Assembly: GCA_905235085.1 (NCBI GenBank)
Contig: CAJOKD010000012.1
Span: forward strand, 8,308-72,307
Source of the DNA: an uncultured Bacteroidales bacterium
GTDB taxonomy: Bacteria > Bacteroidota > Bacteroidia > Bacteroidales > UBA932
Reading direction: 5' to 3'
Length of the DNA: 64,000 nt
Shown here: in pieces, positions 28,232-36,450 of the stretch
Numbering within the stretch: position 1 is the stretch's first letter
How the letters are laid out: every line of letters starts with the position of its first letter
Translations under genes and position numbers: made by a program
The notes under the pieces: generated by a model
The model's database searches: none
What the model was told of the DNA's origin: nothing
Seen by the model: the letters and a program-made list of their open reading frames with translations, nothing else

Positions 28232-28510
28232 TTACTGGTTGTACATATCCTTGTTGTAGAAGTCCAGGATCTCGTTGGCCATCCGGTAGGCGTTCCGCGC
28301 CGGACTGTCCGGGTTGAGCTCCATCGCTTCCAGGTAGTTGTTGATGGCACCTTGCCAGTCTCCTTTCTTGCGGTAAGCGTTGCCAAGAAGGTAGAAAGCC
28401 TTGTCGGAAGGAGGGTTGCAGGACGCGATATACTCCTTGAGTGACAGTATCGCTTCGTCGGTCCTGCCTTCCTGCAGCAGCCTTTCCATATCTTCAAGGC
28501 CGGTCATCAT
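28232..28510 (-). CDS. Small tetratricopeptide-repeat protein (about 92 aa)
   Basis: MMTGLEDMERLLQEGRTDEAILSLKEYI...AFYLLGNAYRKKGDWQGAINNYLEAMELNPDSPA has a TPR consensus. Its start overlaps the ilvE stop (ATGATGA). Confidence 0.7.
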   Translation of the reverse strand: MMTGLEDMERLLQEGRTDEAILSLKEYIASCNPPSDKAFYLLGNAYRKKGDWQGAINNYLEAMELNPDSPARNAYRMANEILDFYNKDMYNQ

Positions 28511-29547
28511 CAGTCTATGAAGAGGCACCATCCGCGGGTATCCTCCTCGAGTCCCCTCTGGATGCCGATGATCTTTTCGTACAGCATACGGCTCTTCTTG
28601 CCGCATTCCTTGCCGTAGGAATAGTGGCGTGAAGGCTCCTCGCTCTCGAGAGTAGGCTTGTCGTCGATCGAACTGATAGGAGAGATGACCACTGCCGTAC
28701 CGCAGGAATTGACCTCGTCGAACTCAGCCAGTTCCTCAACCTTGATCGGACGGACTTCCACATCCATCCCCAGGTCGGCGGCTACCTTGCGGAGGCTGTT
28801 GTTGGTGATGGAAGGAAGGACGCTGGTCGAACGCGGAGTCACGTATGTATTGCCCTTGATGGCGAAGAAGTTGGATGAACCGAATTCCTCGATCGTGGTC
28901 TTCGTTGCCGAATCCAGGAAAAGCAGTTCACGGTACCCGGTGTTGTGGGCGATGTTGTATGCGTGGAGGGACTGAGCGTAATTGGCTCCGAGCTTGAATC
29001 CTCCGGAACCGCAAGTGGCTGCCCTGTCGTAATTCCTGGAGATGACGGCATTCCCTGGTGCGAGACTCTTCGCTCCCGAATATGTACCTACAGGCGAGCA
29101 CATCACGGCGAACATCACATCCCTTGCGGAATGGATTCCCAACTGAGGGTTGATTCCGATCAGGATCGGCCTGAGGTAGAGGGAGGCACCGGTAAACTCG
29201 TAAGGAGGCAGGAAATCCAGGTTCTCCTTGACGCAGGTGACGCACATCTCGATGAACATCTCTTCTGAAGGATATTTCATATCAAGGTAGATGGCGCTGT
29301 CCTTCATACGCCTGGCGTTGCGCTCAGGACGGAAAAGACGTATCTTGTTATCTACACCCCTGAAAGCCTTGAGTCCCTCGAAGCAGGAAGGTGCATAATG
29401 GAAAATACCGGCAAAACTGCTGAGAGGAATGTTGAAATCTTCAGTGACCACAGGTTTCTCCCAGGCTCCGTCGATGCAACGGCTGTAGACCAGGGCTCTG
29501 GTCTGCGTGTAGCTGAAAGATAATTTGGTCCAGTCTATGTTAACCAT
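28510..29547 (-). CDS. ilvE: Branched-chain amino acid aminotransferase
   Basis: 345 aa with class IV aminotransferase motifs FEGLKAF, LYLRP and GGFKLGANYA. Confidence 0.9.
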   Translation of the reverse strand: MVNIDWTKLSFSYTQTRALVYSRCIDGAWEKPVVTEDFNIPLSSFAGIFHYAPSCFEGLKAFRGVDNKIRLFRPERNARRMKDSAIYLDMKYPSEEMFIEMCVTCVKENLDFLPPYEFTGASLYLRPILIGINPQLGIHSARDVMFAVMCSPVGTYSGAKSLAPGNAVISRNYDRAATCGSGGFKLGANYAQSLHAYNIAHNTGYRELLFLDSATKTTIEEFGSSNFFAIKGNTYVTPRSTSVLPSITNNSLRKVAADLGMDVEVRPIKVEELAEFDEVNSCGTAVVISPISSIDDKPTLESEEPSRHYSYGKECGKKSRMLYEKIIGIQRGLEEDTRGWCLFID

Positions 29548-29569
29548 ATATTCGTTGTTTAGAAAAAAA

Positions 29570-30736
29570 TCAGTCTTCGATAAGTCTGTCCTTGTTGTAT
29601 GTATGGATCTTGGTCTTCCCGGAAAGGATCATATACCCGTTCTCCGCGAGGCTGTTGATCTCATCCTCGCCAGGGAAGACCTCGACCGGAGCGATGAACC
29701 CGATCTTATTGGTTATCGCATCCATAAGGTCCTTGCTCCTGGCTATTCCTCCGGTCAGCAGGATCGCATCCACCTTACCGTCGGCAGTAGCGGCCATCGC
29801 AGCGATGTACTTGCATATATTCAGGACATAAGCCTTTAGGAAAGTCTGAGCAAGCTCGTTTCCGGCTTTGGCAAGATTCTCTACGTCAAGCATACTGTTG
29901 GTACCGAAATAAGCCACTGCTCCTCCCCTTCCGACAAGTTTCTTCTTGACCTCTTCCTTGGTAAACTTCCCGCTGAAGCACATATCTATCAAGTCGAACG
30001 GAGGGCAGCATCCGGCTCTTTCCGGGGTGATCGGACCGTCTCCTCCCAAACCGTGGTTGGTGTCCAGGACGCGTCCGTTGCGGTGCAGGGATATCGTGGC
30101 TCCTCCTCCCATATGGGCGACTATCACCGTCACGTCATTGGTAGTATGGCCGTGCTCCCTCAGGTAGCGGCGCACGATGGCCCTGGAATTGAGGGCGTGG
30201 AACAGGGTCTTCCTCCTGAATTCAGGCAGACCACCCATCTTGCATTCAGGGAGCATTTCGTCCGCCATCGGAGGATCGGCAACATATGCTGTGGTGACCC
30301 CGAAGCGCGGAGTCAAACCTTTCTTTTCACGGATTTCATTGATTTCCTTGGCTATATCATCGGCCAGTATCGCACTGAGGTTGCACGCGTGGTTTCCGTC
30401 CCTGCAGGTGGCGAGCACTTCCCTCATATCAGGGTTGACGTTGTAGACACCGGTGATGACAGGGACGAAAAGTCCGCCCCTTGCCATAACTATGTCCACA
30501 TCCTCGAGAGGAATGCCTCTGGAAGACATAAAGTCCTTGATGGCCTGCCGGCGCATATCAGACTGGTCCATTACGGAAGGGTACTTTGCAACCTCTTCGG
30601 CAGTATGCTCGAGTTTCGTGTCAAAGACCCTCTCTCCATCTGAGAAATAGCCTAGCTTGGTGGTTGTGGATCCTGTGTTGATGATCAGGATATTTCCCTT
30701 CTGAGGGGCTCCAGCGTTAGTAGAATTTGTATCCAT
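29570..30736 (-). CDS. buk: Butyrate (short/branched-chain acyl) kinase
   Basis: 388 aa of the ASKHA fold, with ILIINTGSTTTKLG, VAHMGGG and a Buk-like length. Confidence 0.9.
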   Translation of the reverse strand: MDTNSTNAGAPQKGNILIINTGSTTTKLGYFSDGERVFDTKLEHTAEEVAKYPSVMDQSDMRRQAIKDFMSSRGIPLEDVDIVMARGGLFVPVITGVYNVNPDMREVLATCRDGNHACNLSAILADDIAKEINEIREKKGLTPRFGVTTAYVADPPMADEMLPECKMGGLPEFRRKTLFHALNSRAIVRRYLREHGHTTNDVTVIVAHMGGGATISLHRNGRVLDTNHGLGGDGPITPERAGCCPPFDLIDMCFSGKFTKEEVKKKLVGRGGAVAYFGTNSMLDVENLAKAGNELAQTFLKAYVLNICKYIAAMAATADGKVDAILLTGGIARSKDLMDAITNKIGFIAPVEVFPGEDEINSLAENGYMILSGKTKIHTYNKDRLIED

Positions 30737-30822
30737 TCGTTTCCTTAGACTTTTCAGACCATAAAGATAGTTACATTTTTCAATATTTCAATCGTTTTAA
30801 CGAAAAAATCATTACCTATTTT

Positions 30823-31503
30823 CTAACGAATCCTTTCGATTGAAACGACTTGCACAATCCCGTCTTCCACTCTGAAACGGACATCAAACCCCTCGAAACA
30901 CATCCCGTACACCTTCCTGGCGTCAGAATGATACCGAGGACGCGGGTCCTGGGAAAGTACTTCCCGAAGGGTTTCTTTGTCCAGTCCGTCAGGGAAAGTA
31001 CTGTCCGGGAAAGACACCCGGAGAAGTTCCAATCCGTATTCGTCCACGAAACCGGACCTTGCGTCAGGATGGGAATCGGCGTATTTCAGGTATGGCTTGA
31101 TGTCATAGATGGGGGTCCCGTCCATAAGGTCAGCTCCGAGGACGTTCACGACAGGTCCTTCTCCGATGGATTCCAGTTTCACTGCAGAGAGGCCGAGAGA
31201 ATTCGGCCTGAACGGGGACCGACTCGCGAACACCCCTATCCTCTCATTGCCTCCGAGCCTTGGCGGCCTTACTGTGGGCTGGAAGCGCGTCTTGTCGGCA
31301 GGAGCTGTCACAGGATTGGCGGAGAATCCCCAGATAAGCCAGATATAATCGAAACCTTCCAGGCCCCTGACCGCATCCTGACTGCGGAATCCTGGTTCAA
31401 AGACTATCTGCCCTCTTACAGATGGGGAAAGGCCGGCCTGCCTTGGTATCCCGAACTTGTCAGGGAAAGGAGACCTGAAATATGCGATCGGCTCTATTTC
31501 CAT
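30823..31503 (-). CDS. trmO: tRNA (t6A37) methyltransferase TrmO/TsaA family
   Basis: Motifs IAYFRSPFPDKFGIPRQAG and RPNSLGLS are present. Confidence 0.85.
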   Translation of the reverse strand: MEIEPIAYFRSPFPDKFGIPRQAGLSPSVRGQIVFEPGFRSQDAVRGLEGFDYIWLIWGFSANPVTAPADKTRFQPTVRPPRLGGNERIGVFASRSPFRPNSLGLSAVKLESIGEGPVVNVLGADLMDGTPIYDIKPYLKYADSHPDARSGFVDEYGLELLRVSFPDSTFPDGLDKETLREVLSQDPRPRYHSDARKVYGMCFEGFDVRFRVEDGIVQVVSIERIR

Positions 31504-31576
31504 AAGGAAGACATTGGCTTTGCTTTTTACAAATATACAAATATACTAAAAAGCAGTGAAAGGCCGACTGTCCAGG

Positions 31577-32578
31577 CTAGCGGATTTCGAAATCGATTAT
31601 GAAAGGCCGGTGGTCGGACGGATGCCAGAAATTGGACAGGTTCCGGGGATCCCTGACCGGAGTCGTATATTCATCCGAGACGACCCTCGCATCCGTGACC
31701 GAATCGAACATAGGCTTGGTGCAATAGATGTAATCGATGCGGGACTGACCGCCGGTGGTCGTGAAGAATTCTCCGGGATACATCGTGCCTAACAAGTCTA
31801 TGTAAGGTGTATTCCCATAGACGTAATCCTGGACGAGGAACCTGGAGTCCTGGTCAGGATAACCATAGACATAATTGTCCCTTCTCGAACGGGAATTGAA
31901 GTCCCCCATCATCATCCAATACTGGGACGATGCTCCTTCCTCCTTGCCGATGGTATGTTCGCAGATATACTGGATCTCCATCCTCCGGTACTTGTCTCCT
32001 TCCCTGGCCTCTGCGCTGGCATCCTTGTCCTCGCAACGGTACGCCCACCGCTGCGGCCAGGTGTGAAGGGTCACTATGTTGACCGTCCTGCCCCCGAGTT
32101 CCAGCGAGAACCAACCGCTGCCGTGTGTCACGACGCTGTCAGGCTCCTCGCCCACCAGCTGCGCGACTGTCCTTATCGGGTACTTGGAAGTCACGACCTG
32201 GGCGAACCTGTCGCGTCTCCCGCTGAATGCGACGTATTTATGTCCGTACCTGGCGCTCATCTCCTCCCAGAAGCCATAGAGATACCGGTCCGGATCGTCC
32301 GGAAGGTTCTGTGTAGAATTGGTCACATAGTTGGCCTGCCCTTCGCACCAGACGCAGATGTCAGGATCCTGCTCCTTGATCCACTGTACGAACCGTGCGT
32401 GCCCATCCTGCTGGCCGGACCACATCCCGTTCTGTATATTCCAGTAAAGGAGACGGAAGGAACCTTCCTGCAATCCTTTCGGAGTCTTGGAGGCAGACCC
32501 GCAGGAAGCAATGGCTAACAGTACTGTTGCAACCCCGATAATCTTATATAATAGCTTCATTTTGAATGTGTTTAACAA
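31577..32578 (-). CDS. Endonuclease/exonuclease/phosphatase-family lipoprotein
   Basis: Lipobox AIASC. EEP-like motifs are present: LLYWNIQNG, NIVTLH, GDFNS and a C-terminal SDHRPF. Confidence 0.7.
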   Translation of the reverse strand: MLNTFKMKLLYKIIGVATVLLAIASCGSASKTPKGLQEGSFRLLYWNIQNGMWSGQQDGHARFVQWIKEQDPDICVWCEGQANYVTNSTQNLPDDPDRYLYGFWEEMSARYGHKYVAFSGRRDRFAQVVTSKYPIRTVAQLVGEEPDSVVTHGSGWFSLELGGRTVNIVTLHTWPQRWAYRCEDKDASAEAREGDKYRRMEIQYICEHTIGKEEGASSQYWMMMGDFNSRSRRDNYVYGYPDQDSRFLVQDYVYGNTPYIDLLGTMYPGEFFTTTGGQSRIDYIYCTKPMFDSVTDARVVSDEYTTPVRDPRNLSNFWHPSDHRPFIIDFEIR

Positions 32579-32675
32579 TAATGTTAATTATAATAACTTT
32601 TATGTTATAGGACTTCTGGCCGCCCAGGGGCCTAACAAATATAATCAAGCTTGATGAATATTCGGAACTAATTGC

Positions 32676-32683
32676 TAATTTTG
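32676..32683 (+). promoter_or_regulatory. Bacteroidota -7 box (TAATTTTG) upstream of nfnA
   Basis: Matches TAnnTTTG, 32 nt before ATG 32715. Confidence 0.45.
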
Positions 32684-32714
32684 TTGATTAAATCATAAGT
32701 GATATCTAACCACA

Positions 32715-33557
32715 ATGTTCAAGATCATTACAAGAGAAATGCTTACGCCGAACATCTGCAAGATGGTGGTGGAAGCACCGAGGATAGCCAAGGCCGCCCT
32801 GCCTGGGCAGTTCCTCATCGTACGTTCAGATGAAAAGGGAGAGAGGATCCCTCTTACGATCAGCGATTATGACCGCGAAGCCGGTACCGTGACCATAGTC
32901 ACCCAGCTTATAGGTGCGTCATCCGCCGCCATCATCGCCAAGGAGGAAGGTGAATTCTTCAGCGATGTTGTAGGCCCGCTCGGGAACCCGTCGGCTTTCG
33001 TACACGAGAGTGAAGAGGAACTCAAGTGCCGCAGATATATATTCATAGCCGGCGGTGTCGGAACCGCACCTGTATACCCTCAGGCAAAGTGGCTCCACGA
33101 CAGAGGAGTAGCCGTAGATGTCATCATCGGCGCACGCAACAAGGATCTCTTCATCTACACTGACGAGATCGGCTCAGCCTGCGACAACCTCTATCTCTGC
33201 ACGGACGACGGAAGCGCAGGTTTCCACGGAGTCGGCACAGCCTGCCTCGAGAAACTTGTGGCTGAAGGCAAGCAGTATACCCACGCAGTGGCCATAGGAC
33301 CTATGATAATGATGAAATTCGCCACCCTGACGTGCAAGAAGCTCGGTATTCCCGAAGATGTCAGCCTCAATATGCTGATGGTCGACGGAACGGGAATGTG
33401 CGGAGCCTGCCGCGTCACGGTAGCCGGCAAGACCAGGTTCGCCTGCGTGGACGGCCCGGAATTCAACGGCTATGACGTGGATTTCGACGAGGCTATGCGC
33501 CGCCTCGGACAATACAAGAGCGAAGAAGAAGAGGCTATGAACAAAATCGGACGATAA
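32715..33557 (+). CDS. nfnA: Ferredoxin-NADP reductase-like FAD/NAD-binding subunit (NfnA / sulfide-dihydroorotate dehydrogenase-like)
   Basis: 280 aa with GQFLIVR...GERIPLTI, GGVGTAP and a C-terminal 2Fe-2S Cys cluster (CGACRV...CVDGP). Confidence 0.85.
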   Translation: MFKIITREMLTPNICKMVVEAPRIAKAALPGQFLIVRSDEKGERIPLTISDYDREAGTVTIVTQLIGASSAAIIAKEEGEFFSDVVGPLGNPSAFVHESEEELKCRRYIFIAGGVGTAPVYPQAKWLHDRGVAVDVIIGARNKDLFIYTDEIGSACDNLYLCTDDGSAGFHGVGTACLEKLVAEGKQYTHAVAIGPMIMMKFATLTCKKLGIPEDVSLNMLMVDGTGMCGACRVTVAGKTRFACVDGPEFNGYDVDFDEAMRRLGQYKSEEEEAMNKIGR

Positions 33558-33558
33558 A

Positions 33559-34947
33559 ATGGCAGAAAGAATACCGAGAGTACCGGTAAGGGAACAGGAC
33601 CCTAAGGTACGTGCACATAATTTCGAAGAGGTTTGCTACGGTTACAACCTTGAGGAAGCCACAACTGAAGCGACGCGTTGCCTGCATTGCAAGAACCCGC
33701 GCTGCGTAGCCTCCTGCCCGGTGGGAATCAAGATTCCGGAATTCATCGCAAAGGTCAAGGAAGGAGACATCGCAGGGGCTGCCGCCATCATAGCGGAAGA
33801 TTCCTCACTGCCTGCTGTCTGCGGCCGCGTATGTCCTCAGGAGAGCCAGTGCGAGGGTAGCTGCATCCTCGGAGTGAAGGGCGAGCCGATAGCCATCGGC
33901 AAGCTCGAGCGCTTCGTGGCCGACCATACAGCCGCATCCGAGCCTGCCAAGGCAGCCGGGAAAGCCACCTGTGGCGGAAAGAAGGTAGCCGTCATCGGCT
34001 CAGGCCCCGCCGGACTTGCCTGCGCATCGGACCTTGCCAAAGCAGGTTACGACGTCACCATATTCGAGGCCCTGCACAAGGCTGGCGGCGTCCTCGAATA
34101 CGGAATACCTGAATTCAGGCTCCCCAAGGATACTGTCCTCAAGCGCGAGATCCAGGCGGTGAAGGACCTCGGTGTCAAAATCGAGACCGACGTAATCATC
34201 GGCAGGACCGTAACCATCGACAGCCTCATAGACGAAGAAGGATACGAGGCAGTATTCGTCGGTACCGGCGCCGGTCTGCCTAAGTTTATGGGCATACCAG
34301 GCGAAAACCTCAACGGAGTATTCTCTGCTAACGAGTTCCTGACCAGGAACAACCTTATGAAGGCTTTCCGCGAGGATTACCTCACTCCTATCCACGCCGG
34401 CAAGAAATGCTGCGTGGTCGGCGGTGGAAATGTAGCCATGGATGCAGCCCGCACCGCCCTGAGGCTCGGAGCAGACACCACTATCATCTACAGGAGGACT
34501 GAAGTGGAGCTTCCTGCCAGGAAGGAGGAAGTCCACCACGCCAAGGAAGAAGGCATCGAATTCAATATGCTCACCAACCCTGTCGAGATCCTCGGTGACG
34601 AGAAAGGCTGGGTAAGGGCTGTCAGATGCATAAGGATGGAACTCGGAGAGCCTGACGAGAGCGGACGCCGCTCCCCTGTCCCGGTGCCTTGTTCCGAATT
34701 CGAAATCCCAACGGAGACTGTGATAATGGCCCTTGGAACGGCTCCAAATCCGCTGATCGTAAATACGACTTCAGGACTGGAAGCCACCCGCAGAGGCGGT
34801 ATCTCTGCTGACGGCGAAGGCCGCACCACCCGCGAAGGTATATTCGCCGGAGGTGATGCCGTGACCGGAGCAGCTACCGTAATCCTTGCGATGGGAGCCG
34901 GAAGGAAGGCTGCCAAAGCCATTGACGAATACCTGAAGACAAAATAA
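33559..34947 (+). CDS. nfnB: NADPH-dependent glutamate synthase small-chain-like subunit (NfnB)
   Basis: It has CLHCKNPRCV...CP, two Rossmann motifs (VIGSGPAGLA, VVGGGNVAMD) and starts 1 nt after nfnA. Confidence 0.88.
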   Translation: MAERIPRVPVREQDPKVRAHNFEEVCYGYNLEEATTEATRCLHCKNPRCVASCPVGIKIPEFIAKVKEGDIAGAAAIIAEDSSLPAVCGRVCPQESQCEGSCILGVKGEPIAIGKLERFVADHTAASEPAKAAGKATCGGKKVAVIGSGPAGLACASDLAKAGYDVTIFEALHKAGGVLEYGIPEFRLPKDTVLKREIQAVKDLGVKIETDVIIGRTVTIDSLIDEEGYEAVFVGTGAGLPKFMGIPGENLNGVFSANEFLTRNNLMKAFREDYLTPIHAGKKCCVVGGGNVAMDAARTALRLGADTTIIYRRTEVELPARKEEVHHAKEEGIEFNMLTNPVEILGDEKGWVRAVRCIRMELGEPDESGRRSPVPVPCSEFEIPTETVIMALGTAPNPLIVNTTSGLEATRRGGISADGEGRTTREGIFAGGDAVTGAATVILAMGAGRKAAKAIDEYLKTK

Positions 34948-34953
34948 CAGCAA

Positions 34954-35724
34954 ATGTTCACGATACTGATCGCAGCGATCGGGCCCGCCCTGCTGCTCCT
35001 CTGGTACGTCTACCGGAAGGACACGCAACCCGAGCCTACCAGAATGATAATCAAGGGCTTCTTCTTCGGCGGCCTGTCAGCCTTGGTCTCGACTTTCATC
35101 TCGGGACCGCTCCTGAATATGGGCTTATACACAACCGACCCCCAGAGTTGGCAGGAGGCCCTGAAGATAGCGTTCTTCGGAGCCGCAATCCCCGAGGAAT
35201 GCGCCAAACTGCTGATGCTATGGCTGCTTCTGCGCAACAGCGAGGAGTTTGACGAGAGCTACGACGGCATCGTGTACGCGACCTGCATAGGACTGGGTTT
35301 CGCGGCCTTCGAGAACGTGATGTACGTGGTCAGCGCCGGCGCAGACTGGGCCGGCGTCGCCACTTCAAGGGCGCTCTTCGCCATCCCGGGACATTTCGCA
35401 TTCGCGGTCTGTATGGGTTACTACTACTCCCAATACCATTTCGGAAGAGGTAACCACCAGAGTGCCAAGATCAAGATGATTCTCTATCCTGTGCTACTCC
35501 ACGGAGCATATGATGCCCTCTGCTTCTTCAGCGAATTGAACGAGGCTCTCTCGCTCATCATCACGATCTGCCTCATCGCCTTCTGCATCTGGCTTTTCAA
35601 GTTCACGACAGACAGGATCAAGCAGGAAGCTGCGGACAACGAATATATCGGTTCCGGCAAAGACATCAGACGGAACGGATATGATATCAATCAGGATTGG
35701 ACAGACCGGCCGGAAGACCAGTAG
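34954..35724 (+). CDS. PrsW-family intramembrane metalloprotease
   Basis: Polytopic, with the PrsW signatures IPEECAKLL and HGAYDAL. Confidence 0.75.
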   Translation: MFTILIAAIGPALLLLWYVYRKDTQPEPTRMIIKGFFFGGLSALVSTFISGPLLNMGLYTTDPQSWQEALKIAFFGAAIPEECAKLLMLWLLLRNSEEFDESYDGIVYATCIGLGFAAFENVMYVVSAGADWAGVATSRALFAIPGHFAFAVCMGYYYSQYHFGRGNHQSAKIKMILYPVLLHGAYDALCFFSELNEALSLIITICLIAFCIWLFKFTTDRIKQEAADNEYIGSGKDIRRNGYDINQDWTDRPEDQ

Positions 35725-35727
35725 GAA

Positions 35728-36401
35728 CTAGAAACGTATTCCGGCGGAAATAATCAAGTTACGGTTAACCGCCTTTGAATCAGGCTCCAGCACTAGCTCG
35801 GAGCCTACTTCTTCCATAGCCAAGTTTGTAAGGCCGATCTGGTAGCCGGCACTGAACAAGAACCGGCCGACATACACGCCAAGTCCTATCTGGGCACCGG
35901 CATCGAATCTGTTGATCTGTGAATCCTTGAAGAAATCCTGTTTTTCATTCAACACTTCCTCACCATCGTACGATGCCTTGAAAACAGCATCTCCTCCGAT
36001 ACCGTATGCTGCATATGGTCCGGCTTCGAGAGCCAGCGACAGTCCGGTATTTATCGGCAACCTATAGGAAAGCAAAAGCGGCACTTCCAGGTAAAGCGGT
36101 TTGGCAGCTAAGCTGACAGAGACATTAACTTCTTGATTTACACTAGGATAAACATATCCGCCATTATAAAATTCATTAAGTGAGTATTCGAAACCTTTCC
36201 GGCTGGCAAACAATCCCGGCTGAAGATAAAGGTTGGAAACCAGCGGAATGTCGGCTCCTTAGGGGATATAGACAATCCCGATTCGCTCAACTTGATGTTG
36301 GAAAGGTTGAATCCACCCTTGATGCCGAAAGAAACCTAAGCGGAGGCACTGACACAGAACAGGGCAAGTGCAATGATGGTAGTGAAGAAATGCTTTTTCA
36401 T
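35728..36401 (-). pseudogene. Outer-membrane beta-barrel protein (OMP_b-brl-type) disrupted by an in-frame TAG and at least one frameshift
   Basis: ATG 36401 encodes MKKHFFTTIIALALFCVSASA, then TAG at 36338..36336, then VSFGIKGGFNLSNIKL in the same frame. The rest of the barrel (LYLQPGLFASRKGFEY...ISAGIRF) is in another frame, open only below 36258. Confidence 0.6.
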
Positions 36402-36436
36402 AATAAGTATTAGAATGCAAATATAACAAAAACGGC

Positions 36437-36444
36437 TATATTTG
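36437..36444 (+). promoter_or_regulatory. Bacteroidota -7 box (TATATTTG) immediately upstream of hydE
   Basis: Matches TAnnTTTG. The G at 36444 is only 6 nt before ATG 36451. Confidence 0.4.
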
Positions 36445-36450
36445 CCATAT

